Part shown: positions 13,015 to 22,444 of the stretch, piece by piece | Layout: each line of letters opens with the position of its first letter | How positions within the stretch are numbered: the stretch's first letter is position 1 | NCBI GenBank assembly: GCA_963803145.1 | Contig: CAWDLW010000016.1 | Span: forward strand, 1 to 64,000 | Length of the DNA stretch: 64,000 nucleotides | From: Methanotrichaceae archaeon | GTDB taxonomy: Archaea; Halobacteriota; Methanosarcinia; Methanotrichales; Methanotrichaceae | Reading direction: 5' to 3' | Made by a program: the position numbers and the translations under genes | Notes under the pieces: generated by a model | Told to the model about the DNA's origin: nothing | What the model saw: only the letters and a program-made list of their open reading frames with translations | Databases searched by the model: none

Positions 13015-13109
13015 TGCGTCGACCGGGATTCGAACCCGGGTTGTAGGCTTGCTTCGCAGAACTCTTCTCGCATGGAAGGCCCAAGTCATAGCCACTAGAC
13101 CATCGACGC
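13015..13109 (-). tRNA. tRNA-Gly(TCC) with 23-nt intron (13050-13072) at canonical 37/38
   Basis: GCGTCGATGGTCTAGTGGCTATGACTTGGGCCT-TCC-A[TGCGAGAAGAGTTCTGCGAAGCA]AGCCTACAACCCGGGTTCGAATCCCGGTCGACGCA; CTTC/GAAG 4-bp helix between two 3-nt bulges (BHB); 72 nt mature. Confidence 0.93.
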
Positions 13110-13283
13110 TTTCGCTTGAGGAAGCGCAGGTTAAACTTAACTCTTTCGATCGAAATATCCCTATGGCAGCCAACAGCCAGGAAAAATAAACTCCCGATGA
13201 CGGTCCTATTACGATTCATAGATAATTTCATATATCGGAGTGTAGGCGAGAGGCTTCTAGAGAGCAAGTATAAGAGAGCAACT

Positions 13284-13820
13284 ATGAACGTCTTGATAAC
13301 TGCATTCTGGCTGATGCTGCCTGCCTATCTGCCCAATAACTGCGCTGTTATCTTCGGCGGCGGTACACCCTTAGATCTAGGGAGGACGTTCCAGGACGGC
13401 AGGCGCATTATGGGCGACGGCAAGACCTTTCGGGGGACGATTGCGGGCATCGCCTGCGGCATCCTGGCAGGTCTCTTGCTAAATCAGGCAGCTCCAAGCC
13501 TAGGCCTTCCAGCCTTTGGCTCAGGCATTGGGCAGCTTCCAATATTGATGGGTCTATCCCTTGGGTCTATGCTTGGAGATATCATAGCAAGCTTCTTCAA
13601 GCGCAGGCTAGGTCTTAAGCGGGGTGCTCCTCTCTTTATCATAGACCAGCTCGACTTCGTCTTCGGGAGCTGGATTCTTACATTCCTGCTTGCGCCCATC
13701 TGGTTTGAGAAGAACTTTACTCCTATGGTATTATTAATAGTGCTGATAATAACGCCGATACTGCACCGGCTAACGAATATCATCGGCTATAGAATCGGTG
13801 CAAAAAGGGAGCCATGGTAG
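13284..13820 (+). CDS. carS: CDP-archaeol synthase (DUF46)
   Basis: 'LPAYLPN...GGGTPLDLG...[11 protein letters not shown]','[13 protein letters not shown]','DQLDF', C-terminal 'KREPW'; start set at ATG 13284. Confidence 0.93.
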   Translation: MNVLITAFWLMLPAYLPNNCAVIFGGGTPLDLGRTFQDGRRIMGDGKTFRGTIAGIACGILAGLLLNQAAPSLGLPAFGSGIGQLPILMGLSLGSMLGDIIASFFKRRLGLKRGAPLFIIDQLDFVFGSWILTFLLAPIWFEKNFTPMVLLIVLIITPILHRLTNIIGYRIGAKREPW

Positions 13821-14120
13821 AGTTATCGCGATAACTTAGAAAGGGCTCTTAATCGTTGGCTAACTAGCCTTGTTGCTTTCTACTTTGCTAGCGGCTAACT
13901 GACAGAATTGCTATTGATAATTAACAACTATTAGCTATTTTTGTGGCATTCGTTCGAAAAAGATAATAAACAATGGTAAGATCAACCAAGGATCATCTAA
14001 AATCTCTGGACGCTTTTTTGCTGGACTGGTAGTTTTATGATTTTATAGACTTGAATATAGCTAAGAAGGAGGACCTCAAAACCCAACAAATAGGCATAAT
14101 GCTGGCTTGTACACCACCCG

Positions 14121-14135
14121 CGAAAGCTTTATAAG
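14121..14135 (+). promoter_or_regulatory. Archaeal BRE/TATA promoter of the mtr operon
   Basis: CGAAAGC-TTTATAAG about 90 bp upstream of mtrE. Confidence 0.6.
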
Positions 14136-14222
14136 TTCGGGTAAATGATACGGACAGCGTCATAGCCGATTTTATATCGAGCAATTATAGAATTGGCAAA
14201 TATGAAAAGGAGGAATGGAAAA

Positions 14223-15128
14223 ATGGACGCATTTGGCATGGGGCTCGTTGCTGGCATTGGTGCCCTTGCGTTTATTTCGGGTGCTTCTGAGGATATTGAT
14301 TCTGATATAGGTTCTCAAAGCAATCCGAACTCGCAGGTGCAGCTGGCAGCTCAGGTTGGAAATCCCCACAGGATTTACAACAAGGCTATTGCAGGCGAGC
14401 CGCCATCGAACGCACTATGGTGCGCATGCGCAGGAATAGTAGCATACGTGCTCATCGAGGGTTACCATATGCCTGCACTCTTCGCAATTGCTGCGGGTGC
14501 ATCATTTGCAGCCCTAGTTGACGGTGTTATGGCTACGAGCGCATACTTTGGCAGAAGCGCCAGCCAGTCCAGGTTCAACCAATGGATCTACCTGGATATT
14601 GTAAGGTATACGACTACATCCATCATGGCGCACGTATGGATCACATCATTCTGTCTTGTAACTGTCGCATATATTCAGGCCTACGTGCTGGCACCTCATC
14701 ACCCCTTCCCGCTGCCCGTCATTGCCCTGATCTGGGGAATAACAGTCGGAGCAATTGGATCGTCCGTGGGTGATATCCACTACGGCGGCGAGCGTGAGTT
14801 CCAGTGGAGGCTATTCGGTCAGGGCCTCAACACCATGCTTTCAGGACAGATCGTCAGGAAGGCTGAAGCAGGACTGCGAAATACCATTGATAATGCCTGG
14901 TTCTGCGCCAAGTTCGGCGGACCGTGCACAGGCCTTGGTATGGGATTGACTGTGTTCCTAGACAACTGGAGAACAACCGTCTTTGACCCAGTCACACAGG
15001 CTCCTTATGCAATCGCTATGGGTGTATTCTTTGTAATTATGATGAACGTGTATAACTTCTATCTTGAACTATCTGCACGGAAAAAGTATGGGCCGTATCC
15101 AGGCTATAAGGGGGATATAGCTGCATGA
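14223..15128 (+). CDS. mtrE: Methyl-H4MPT:CoM methyltransferase subunit E
   Basis: 'EDIDSDIGSQSNPNSQVQLAAQ','HRIYNKAIAGEP','GDIHYGGERE'; ATG 14223 after GGAGG. Confidence 0.97.
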   Translation: MDAFGMGLVAGIGALAFISGASEDIDSDIGSQSNPNSQVQLAAQVGNPHRIYNKAIAGEPPSNALWCACAGIVAYVLIEGYHMPALFAIAAGASFAALVDGVMATSAYFGRSASQSRFNQWIYLDIVRYTTTSIMAHVWITSFCLVTVAYIQAYVLAPHHPFPLPVIALIWGITVGAIGSSVGDIHYGGEREFQWRLFGQGLNTMLSGQIVRKAEAGLRNTIDNAWFCAKFGGPCTGLGMGLTVFLDNWRTTVFDPVTQAPYAIAMGVFFVIMMNVYNFYLELSARKKYGPYPGYKGDIAA

Positions 15129-15820
15129 TCTTTGATGCTAACACAATTATGTACATGCTTGATATCATAGCCGGCAGCCTTCTGGTAAGCGTGGGCGTTC
15201 ACTTCGTCCCTGTCGGCGGCGCGCCGGCAGCAATGGCACAGGCTACAGGTATCGGCACAGGTACAGTTACCCTGGCAGCTGGATCGGGTCTTACGGGCCT
15301 CCTATCAGCTGGCCTGATGATGTCAGTCACACATAATATATGGCCGATTATTGCAACAGGCGCAGTAGGCTCCATGATCATGATGGATGCCACGATGCTC
15401 ACTGGCGATTTCATCTACGCTTACGCAGTGGGCTGTCCCATGGCCTCTGCGAAGGTAAACTATGATCCGATAACCGGCTGGTCTCAGCCACCATACGTGG
15501 CTCCGGGAACAGTCGGCCAGGGCATTCCGACGGTCTGCTTCGTTACAGGAACCATCGGAGCGCTACTCGGCGGTGTCGGCGGTGCTATGATCTACTATCC
15601 TTGTGTGCTCATCACCAACAACCCTGCTGAAAGCGCAATCTTCGCCATAGGAATATTCTTCGTGAACGCAGTCCTTCCATCCTGGAACATCCAGGGAACC
15701 ATTGAAGGATTCCATGACCCCAAGTTCAAGAAGTGGCCTGCTGCCTTTAAGGCAAGCTTAGTTGCTGGTATACTTCTCGCAATCATGGCTGTGCTCATTC
15801 AGCCTATAGGAGGGGTTTGA
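15125..15820 (+). CDS. mtrD: Mtr subunit D
   Basis: 'VHFVPVGGAPAAMAQATGIGTGT','GTIEGFHDPKFK'. Confidence 0.97.
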   Translation: MIFDANTIMYMLDIIAGSLLVSVGVHFVPVGGAPAAMAQATGIGTGTVTLAAGSGLTGLLSAGLMMSVTHNIWPIIATGAVGSMIMMDATMLTGDFIYAYAVGCPMASAKVNYDPITGWSQPPYVAPGTVGQGIPTVCFVTGTIGALLGGVGGAMIYYPCVLITNNPAESAIFAIGIFFVNAVLPSWNIQGTIEGFHDPKFKKWPAAFKASLVAGILLAIMAVLIQPIGGV

Positions 15821-15821
15821 A

Positions 15822-16637
15822 ATGGTTCCGGCACCTAGGAGATTTAAGCTTGAACCGCAGCAGCTCAGAATCTACGGCATCGTAGGGTCTCTGGTCGGAA
15901 TATATCTGGCCTATATCCTCAATGGCGCACTTCATACGACTGTATTCTCCTTCTTGGGATCTCTGGCAGCTCTATTTGCAGTTCTGTGGGGCGCTAACGC
16001 TACCCGCAGGATTTGTGCTTATGGCCTTGGAACAGGTGTCCCATCCATGGGAATGCTGGCCATTGGAATGGCATCAGTCGCTTCACTGTTTGGCCTGAAT
16101 ATCGCTGAGCAGATAGGATTTGGATTCGCTGGCGCAATCGTAGCCCTTATCGCCTCGCTGATATTCGGCTATATTATCGGCACGATTTGCAATAAGGTCA
16201 TCAAGTTCAACATTCCCATAATGGAAGAGGGTTTGACAGATATCTCGGGAGCAGCAACCTTGGCCCTCCTGGCATGGAGCATTACCGTATCAGGGTCTCT
16301 AGGCTACAACATCATTGTAAAGGATATCTTCAACACAGGCTTCCTTGCTATGATTTTCATCCTGGGCGGAATGGCCATATTCCATCCGTTCAACGCCAAT
16401 CTTGGACCCGATGAGAAGCAAGATAGGACGCTAGTGGATGGCCTGATGGTCGGTGGAGTTGCAATGATTGCCTTGGGCATATGCTCAATACTGACGCTTG
16501 GCCTTATGTCTGGCTTGGTAACGATAGTAGTGGGCTTTGCGCTCTGGTACTATACTTACATCTGGTACTTCAGGCTGGCCGCGATGGATGCCGCAAAAGT
16601 TGTTGGAACAGGGCTTCTGCCGCCGAGTGCACTCTAA
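15822..16637 (+). CDS. mtrC: Mtr subunit C
   Basis: 'YGLGTGVPSMG','HPFNANLGPDE'. Confidence 0.97.
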   Translation: MVPAPRRFKLEPQQLRIYGIVGSLVGIYLAYILNGALHTTVFSFLGSLAALFAVLWGANATRRICAYGLGTGVPSMGMLAIGMASVASLFGLNIAEQIGFGFAGAIVALIASLIFGYIIGTICNKVIKFNIPIMEEGLTDISGAATLALLAWSITVSGSLGYNIIVKDIFNTGFLAMIFILGGMAIFHPFNANLGPDEKQDRTLVDGLMVGGVAMIALGICSILTLGLMSGLVTIVVGFALWYYTYIWYFRLAAMDAAKVVGTGLLPPSAL

Positions 16638-16651
16638 AGGAGGTCATGTAA

Positions 16652-17014
16652 ATGGGAATTGTTAGAGTATCACCAGAACTTGGTCTTCTGTTCGATCCCC
16701 TTAAGGGCGTTATCTCGCAGCAGAGGGAGGACGCCGTCCAGTATGCCTTGGATCCATTGTACCCTAAGGTAGAAAGGCTTGACAGGATTGCAGATGACCT
16801 TATGAACCAGCTTGTGCCGGACGCCGACTTGATGGAGTCCTACCCCAACAGAGGCAAGGCATCTTACATAGGCGGCCTCTATACCAATGTGTGGATGGGG
16901 ATCATCATCGGCCTTGTAGTATCGTTCGTATTGCTGATAAGCACGTTGTTCGCTAGCCCGGCTGGAATAGCGTTGATTAAGGCCGCAATTTATCCGACAA
17001 CAGGAGGCGCATAA
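16652..17014 (+). CDS. mtrB: Mtr subunit B
   Basis: 'VRVSPELGLLFDP','SYPNRG', C-terminal TM helix; operon order. Confidence 0.93.
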   Translation: MGIVRVSPELGLLFDPLKGVISQQREDAVQYALDPLYPKVERLDRIADDLMNQLVPDADLMESYPNRGKASYIGGLYTNVWMGIIIGLVVSFVLLISTLFASPAGIALIKAAIYPTTGGA

Positions 17015-17016
17015 AA

Positions 17017-17748
17017 ATGGCGCTCAAAAAGAAGCCTACGGAGCCATGGCCCCTGATAACTGGCGAGTATGAGGCAGGAAATCCTGAAAGCCCTGTGGCT
17101 GTCTGTACATGCGGTTCTCACCTCAAGGGCTCTGACCTTTTAGCAGCCGGAGCTGCCCTCGTCGGGCCATGCAAGACAGAGAACATAGGCATCGAAAAGA
17201 TGACAGCCAACCTGGTCTCCAACCCCAACATCAGATATCTGATACTAACGGGAATGGAGGTCAAGGGTCACATCACCGGGCAATGCGCGGAAGCGTTCCT
17301 AACAAATGGAATCGATAAGGAAGGAAAGATCGTTGGCTCTACAGGCGCCATACCCTTCATCCAGAACTTGACTGAAGAGTCGATAGAACGTATCAAAGCT
17401 CAGGTCAAGCCCATCAATATGATGAACACTGAGGATATGGGTGCAATCAGCGCCAAGATCAAGGAGCTGGTATCTCAGGACCCAGGAGCCCTCGATGTCG
17501 AGCCGATGAGGATAGAGATCAAAGAGGGTGGGGCTGAAGAGGAAGTACATGGTCAAAGGGCGCTCGCCGGAGAGGTTGTTGAGATCAGGTCGAGAATGCG
17601 TATGCAGGATGCAGCAGTGACTACTTCAGGCCTCCTCAATAAGCTTCAGGCAGGAATCTATGCAGGGAAGATAGAAGGCATAGTTCTCGGCATGACGATG
17701 GTCCTTCTGCTCCTTGGAATGATCTTGCACTTCGCAGGAGGGTTGTAA
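17017..17748 (+). CDS. mtrA: Mtr subunit A (corrinoid protein)
   Basis: 'GPCKTENIGIEK','NPNIR','EVKGH','GAIPFI', C-terminal membrane anchor. Confidence 0.97.
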   Translation: MALKKKPTEPWPLITGEYEAGNPESPVAVCTCGSHLKGSDLLAAGAALVGPCKTENIGIEKMTANLVSNPNIRYLILTGMEVKGHITGQCAEAFLTNGIDKEGKIVGSTGAIPFIQNLTEESIERIKAQVKPINMMNTEDMGAISAKIKELVSQDPGALDVEPMRIEIKEGGAEEEVHGQRALAGEVVEIRSRMRMQDAAVTTSGLLNKLQAGIYAGKIEGIVLGMTMVLLLLGMILHFAGGL

Positions 17749-17749
17749 A

Positions 17750-17986
17750 ATGGCAGATGAACAAGAGGTTGTCTATGGTCAAGGCCTGCCGACCGTCATC
17801 GATCCCAATATGGATATGTTCGATGATGTGGTTGAGGATATCAAGTGGAAGGCGCAGCTATTGGCCAGGGAAACGAAGCTAAGCTCAGGAGTCATTGCAA
17901 CTGTCTCAATCGGATTTGCCATAGGGTTCGTCTTTGCAATATTGATGATGTTCGGGCCCTTCTTCATATTCAAAGGGGGGGTGTGA
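17750..17986 (+). CDS. mtrF: Mtr subunit F
   Basis: 'VEDIKWKAQLLARETKLSSG' plus TM helix. Confidence 0.93.
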   Translation: MADEQEVVYGQGLPTVIDPNMDMFDDVVEDIKWKAQLLARETKLSSGVIATVSIGFAIGFVFAILMMFGPFFIFKGGV

Positions 17987-17989
17987 GCT

Positions 17990-18232
17990 ATGGCAGATGA
18001 GAAGCAAGCAATACCTGTAGCCGTAGTCGATCAAGACCAATTCAAAGAATTGATGGCAAGGCTTGACAAGATCGATGAGAAGATCGAGTTCTACTCGGCT
18101 GAGAAGTTCATGAGGGCCGGGAAATCAATCGGCAGAGACCTCGGAGTAGCCTACGGTGCAAGCGCAGGACTGTTAATAATGCTAGCATTTATTCTATTCG
18201 TATATGCGGGCCATTGGACAAAGGTGATTTAA
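17990..18232 (+). CDS. mtrG: Mtr subunit G
   Basis: 'RLDKIDEKIEF...GKSIGRDLGVAYG'. Confidence 0.93.
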   Translation: MADEKQAIPVAVVDQDQFKELMARLDKIDEKIEFYSAEKFMRAGKSIGRDLGVAYGASAGLLIMLAFILFVYAGHWTKVI

Positions 18233-18233
18233 G

Positions 18234-19169
18234 ATGTTCAAGTTTGATAGGAAGCAAGAGGTCTTCCAGTTCGGTAAGTTCCAAGTTGGGGGCCAGCCTG
18301 GCGAGTACCCCACATGTTGCATAGGCACCATGTTCTATGCCAGGCACAAGATCGTATCGGATCCGGAGCACGGAGTCTTCGATGCCGCTGCTGCTGAGAA
18401 GCTCTGGAACACACAGGTAGAGATGAGCGATCTCACAGGCAACTCCTGTATGAACCAGATAGTGGCAGAGAGCAATGAGGCCATGCAGAAGGAGATCGAT
18501 TGGTTCGTCGGCATTTCCGATTACCCGTTCCTGATCGATTCATCCGCACCTGCGGTAAGGGCCTTCGGCGTCAAGTATGCAACAGAGATCGGCGTAGCAG
18601 ATAGGGCCATCCATAACTCCATCAACGCTTCCATCACCCCAGAGGAGCTGGCCGCGGTCAAGGAGAGCGATCTCGATGCAGCCATCGTGCTTGCCTTCAA
18701 CGCAATGGAGAAGGGAACTGTTGGAAAGATGAATGTCCTCACCAAACCAGCCGGTGGTGCCAAGAAGGGCATGCTGGAGTACGCCAAGGATGCCGGAATC
18801 ACAAGGATCCTTCTCGATACAGCCGCAATGCCTCTGGGTGCCGGCTCAGGCGCCACATATAGGGCATGCATCGCAGTCAAGGCACAGTTAGGCCTACCTG
18901 TAGGTGGCGGATTCCACAACGCAGCCTCTGCATGGGACTGGATGAAGAAGTGGAAGAAAACGCATAAAGAAGCCTTTGCACCTGTCGATATCGGCTCCAA
19001 TCTGTGCGCAGGAATCTTGGGCGCAGACTTTTACCTCTACGGCCCAATGGAGAATGCTCCGATGATCTTCCCTGCAGCCGCGATGGTTGATATCATGAAG
19101 TCCGAGTCCGCTGAGGAGCTTGGCCTGAAGGTCATGACGGAGGATCACCCCAGGAAGAAGACGCTTTAG
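18234..19169 (+). CDS. mtrH: Mtr subunit H
   Basis: 'MFKFDRKQ...GGQPGEYPT','HNSIN','GGGFHN','LYGPME'. Confidence 0.97.
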   Translation: MFKFDRKQEVFQFGKFQVGGQPGEYPTCCIGTMFYARHKIVSDPEHGVFDAAAAEKLWNTQVEMSDLTGNSCMNQIVAESNEAMQKEIDWFVGISDYPFLIDSSAPAVRAFGVKYATEIGVADRAIHNSINASITPEELAAVKESDLDAAIVLAFNAMEKGTVGKMNVLTKPAGGAKKGMLEYAKDAGITRILLDTAAMPLGAGSGATYRACIAVKAQLGLPVGGGFHNAASAWDWMKKWKKTHKEAFAPVDIGSNLCAGILGADFYLYGPMENAPMIFPAAAMVDIMKSESAEELGLKVMTEDHPRKKTL

Positions 19170-19209
19170 GCGCCTTCTTTTCCTTTGAGGAGGCCCCTTG
19201 CCAAGGGTC

Positions 19210-19848
19210 ATGATCAGAGTAGACTTCGATGACATCAGGTTCCAGTGCCAGAGATGCGGCTCATGCTGCCATCATCGGCGCCCGCAAGAGTTCGATGATC
19301 TGGTTCCGGGCGACAGGCTGAAGGAGTTCTGGGAGAAGTCAAACCTGATCTATCTGACCAAGAAGGATATCGATAAAATAGGCCGAAGGGCCAAAATGGA
19401 GCCGAAGGATTTCGTGGATACGCTATACGAGTATGATGGATGCTGCGTCAAGGTCGAGGATTCAGGCAGTAGGGTGATACTCGATCTGCCTGTGATGAAG
19501 AGCCGGAAGGACACTCTTTGTGTCCTCTATAATGATGGCTGCAGTGTATATTCCGTCCGACCGAATGCATGCAGGCTCTTTCCCTTCCGAGTGGAGGAGG
19601 AAACGATGCCAAGTGGCGATATGCTGCTCAACATAAGATATAATCAGAGCTGCCCAGGCATCGGCAAAGGCAGCGCTGTGGATAAGGGAAAGCTGAAAGA
19701 GCTTGTAGCAGATCAGTTCATGCAGCGCGCAGAATCTGTAGCCTCAGAGATCCAGAGACTTCAAGCAAAAGGGCTAATCTCAAAGGAATCGCAGATTTAC
19801 AGGTCGATGCCGGGCGGAAAGCACCTGGCAAGGTCTGAAGAGCCGTAA
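19210..19848 (+). CDS. YkgJ-family cysteine-cluster (CxxCxxCC) protein
   Basis: 'CQRCGSCC','CVLYNDGCSVYSVRPNACRLFPF','CPGIG'. Confidence 0.88.
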   Translation: MIRVDFDDIRFQCQRCGSCCHHRRPQEFDDLVPGDRLKEFWEKSNLIYLTKKDIDKIGRRAKMEPKDFVDTLYEYDGCCVKVEDSGSRVILDLPVMKSRKDTLCVLYNDGCSVYSVRPNACRLFPFRVEEETMPSGDMLLNIRYNQSCPGIGKGSAVDKGKLKELVADQFMQRAESVASEIQRLQAKGLISKESQIYRSMPGGKHLARSEEP

Positions 19849-19905
19849 AAGGTTTTGGCAATGGAATTCCAATTACCATTGTCATATATAAACGAGGTGA
19901 TATTG

Positions 19906-20082
19906 ATGGCACTTGTAAAGAGCGATGCGATGCTTCAGCACGAAAAATGGATTACATGGGTGGTGGAGCATAATCCAAAGCGCGGCAAGGAATATAATCC
20001 TCTCCCAGAGGTTAAGGAAATGATCATAGCAGTTGCTGTGATCTTTGTAGTAGTAGCCGTAGCGCTTTCGATAATGCATTAG
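19906..20082 (+). CDS. Small single-TM protein (58 aa)
   Basis: GAGGTGA SD before ATG; C-terminal hydrophobic helix 'MIIAVAVIFVVVAVALSIM'. Confidence 0.65.
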   Translation: MALVKSDAMLQHEKWITWVVEHNPKRGKEYNPLPEVKEMIIAVAVIFVVVAVALSIMH

Positions 20083-20104
20083 GTTTCGAGGAGGTGAAAA
20101 TAGA

Positions 20105-20230
20105 ATGCCAGTATTCGAACCATCCAGCATCACTGACCAGCTGATCGCTGTAGTATTATCGATAATCGGTACAACAGCATTGCCCTACTTCATCAGCAAG
20201 TGGTCTGATAGTAGGTCACAGCCGAGGTAG
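20105..20230 (+). CDS. Small single-TM protein (41 aa, not in the ORF track)
   Basis: GGAGGTGA SD; MPVFEPSSITDQLIAVVLSIIGTTALPYFISKWSDSRSQPR*. Confidence 0.6.
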   Translation: MPVFEPSSITDQLIAVVLSIIGTTALPYFISKWSDSRSQPR

Positions 20231-20283
20231 ATCTAGAAAATCTCTTCTATCTGGTCCTGGCACCAGGCCAGGATCATTTTATA

Positions 20284-20523
20284 TCATCGCATTCGGCATT
20301 TCCTGTTATAATGAGGGCATTTGGTATTGGTACAGACATTTTCGCGAGATGCCTCTGTGAGAATGATGATAAGCCCATCCAGGCGGTCAATTATCTCCGG
20401 GTCGGCACCTGCTGCTTCAGCAATATGCAATGCTTCTTCAACCTCTTTCTTCAAGGCGGCAGCGTTTTCGCTTTTGGCTCTTGATTCCAGATCCGATACC
20501 GATTTCTCAAAATCCGAATCCAT
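20284..20523 (-). CDS. Hypothetical protein with Cys/His-rich C-terminus
   Basis: 79 aa helical body plus 'CTNTKCPHYNRKC'. Confidence 0.65.
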   Translation of the reverse strand: MDSDFEKSVSDLESRAKSENAAALKKEVEEALHIAEAAGADPEIIDRLDGLIIILTEASRENVCTNTKCPHYNRKCRMR

Positions 20524-20529
20524 AAAAAT

Positions 20530-22032
20530 CTAAAACACTTCCGATAATCCATTTTCCAATTCTTCCCATTTGGCGCACTTTCTTAGATCGTCAGTCTCTT
20601 TTCGTGAACTGGATAAGGCACCATTTGCTTTGATTATATTGGGATAATGCTTCGCCAAGTAACGGCTAACATCTCTGTAGCTCATCTTTTGCATATAGAG
20701 CTTGAACCAGCTCTCGATTGCCATCTTGCTCCAGCCAATTCCATAATGGACCAGTTTGTTGTCTGGAACTATATTTTCTTCAAATATGCCGGCATCAGCA
20801 TCCTTCAGTTTGATTCTTGGCTCAAGATAGAAAACCGACAGATCATAAGATGATCGATCCACATGAGGGAGCAAGCTGCTATGGATAGCTATCTCTGTTC
20901 TCTTATCGTTGCACTGCCACAAGGAGGCGGAGCAGTGGTTCTCTATCAGACATTTGGCTAAGCTTTCGATCTTATCTGTTGATCCTGGAACAGTTAACAA
21001 GCGAATATACCCTGCATTTGTGATTTCCTCATATCCCTTCTGTGTTACTCTGCCTTTTCTGGTTCTAATATCACGACCCTGGAATCGATTCTTATAAACC
21101 TGGCAGCAATAGTTGATCGGCAGCTTAATCTGATGCTGGCGTGCAAATAAAAGCAGCTCTAAAGCGCAGATCTCCGACTCGAAGACAGGAATCCGGGGTA
21201 TATGAAGGAAGTGGTAATTACGCTGGGAGAGCGCCTTATAATTATGCTCGGTTGTTGTTAGCTGATGAAGATTGAGGTGATTAACTCCAATCGCCTCCAT
21301 CTCTGGCAGTAAATCCTTTAATTGGTCATAATCCTCAGGGAGCGCTGGGATTTCCACTGTCACTGTAGGTATATATTCTTTTGAAAGAATAACAGGTGAT
21401 AAGTCGTAATCTCGAGCACTCAGATCGAAACGGATTTCATCCAATCCAACTTGACGTAGTTTCTCCAAGGAACCGCTATCTACGAAATCGCCATTTGTGT
21501 AAACCCACAAATATATTGAGTTCCCGAATTCCCTTCGTATAGCCCTGATATGGGCCAATAGCTTATCAAGCACCAGAAGAGGCTCTCCACCTGAAAACCC
21601 TACGCCACTGATCTGGAATGTCTTCAGATAACTTATATGCGCTATTGGGTCTTTGAATGCAAACCCTTCACTTATTGAGCCGCTCTCATCTTTAACATAA
21701 CGATCTTGAGGGCAGTAGAAGCATTTTCGTGAGCATTTCTGGGTAATGTAGTTGCAATCCCAGCCGCCGTTGCCGCAGATAGAGCAGCCGGGAGAGAGTG
21801 GTCCCGAGTGCTGTTTGCTCCCTTGAAAGCTATAAGTAATCCAGCCTGACAGAGCCTTCAGAAGCTTATTCCTCTGCTCTTTAGCCCGCTCTGCTTCCTC
21901 ATCAGAGAACCATTGAAGATCATTATAAGCCCATCCAACCTCTTTAAGTATGGCCTTTTTCTGCTGGTCTCTCTCGGCTCTTTTTTGTTGATCTCTCTCA
22001 GTGTTTGCAATCTTCAAACCGGATCTATTCAT
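20530..22032 (-). CDS. Radical SAM protein of unknown function
   Basis: 'LSPGCSIC','CSRKCFYCP','FSGGEPL','YTNG','GLDEIRFD'; start uncertain (22032 or 22059). Confidence 0.9.
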   Translation of the reverse strand: MNRSGLKIANTERDQQKRAERDQQKKAILKEVGWAYNDLQWFSDEEAERAKEQRNKLLKALSGWITYSFQGSKQHSGPLSPGCSICGNGGWDCNYITQKCSRKCFYCPQDRYVKDESGSISEGFAFKDPIAHISYLKTFQISGVGFSGGEPLLVLDKLLAHIRAIRREFGNSIYLWVYTNGDFVDSGSLEKLRQVGLDEIRFDLSARDYDLSPVILSKEYIPTVTVEIPALPEDYDQLKDLLPEMEAIGVNHLNLHQLTTTEHNYKALSQRNYHFLHIPRIPVFESEICALELLLFARQHQIKLPINYCCQVYKNRFQGRDIRTRKGRVTQKGYEEITNAGYIRLLTVPGSTDKIESLAKCLIENHCSASLWQCNDKRTEIAIHSSLLPHVDRSSYDLSVFYLEPRIKLKDADAGIFEENIVPDNKLVHYGIGWSKMAIESWFKLYMQKMSYRDVSRYLAKHYPNIIKANGALSSSRKETDDLRKCAKWEELENGLSEVF

Positions 22033-22254
22033 GCACTTTTGCCGCCTTTCTATTCCCAAAGCAGGTAGAATATTTCCAGAATAAAATCATTAATCTTGCG
22101 GTTACTACACTCGCTTCTTAAAAACCTAATCTTGAAAATTGGCTCTTCACTATTTCCCGTGGACGGATCATGAATACTTGAAGTCTTTGGGTGGGGTTCA
22201 GCAGACGTTCATGTACGAAAAATCCTTCAAAGTCGTGTCCTGCCAGATTTAAGT

Positions 22255-22369
22255 GTTCCTCTGTACGTTCTTTGTGTCCTTTGTGTTCTTTGTGGTTGAA
22301 TCTCGTTCGTTCGGCAGCAATAAAAAAACTAAATTCACCACAAAGGATACAAAGACCACAAAGGGCACA
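22255..22369. repeat. Inverted pair of 9-bp periodic repeats (TYCTTTGTG)n ... (CACAAAGRN)n
   Basis: TTCTTTGTG-TCCTTTGTG-TTCTTTGTG-GTTGAAT, then ~31 bp, then ATTCAC-CACAAAGGA-TACAAAGAC-CACAAAGGG-CACA. Confidence 0.8.
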
Positions 22370-22444
22370 TGAAGCGATTATTGGTCTAGATGCTCGGAGA
22401 TGTATCGTTACCCAGACGAAATCTTCTTTTTGCTTCAAAAATCA

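Noticed and set aside
22118-22438. 106 aa ORF with HKEHKGHKE repeat
   Set aside because: The peptide pattern is a by-product of the 9-bp DNA repeat; no SD or domain.
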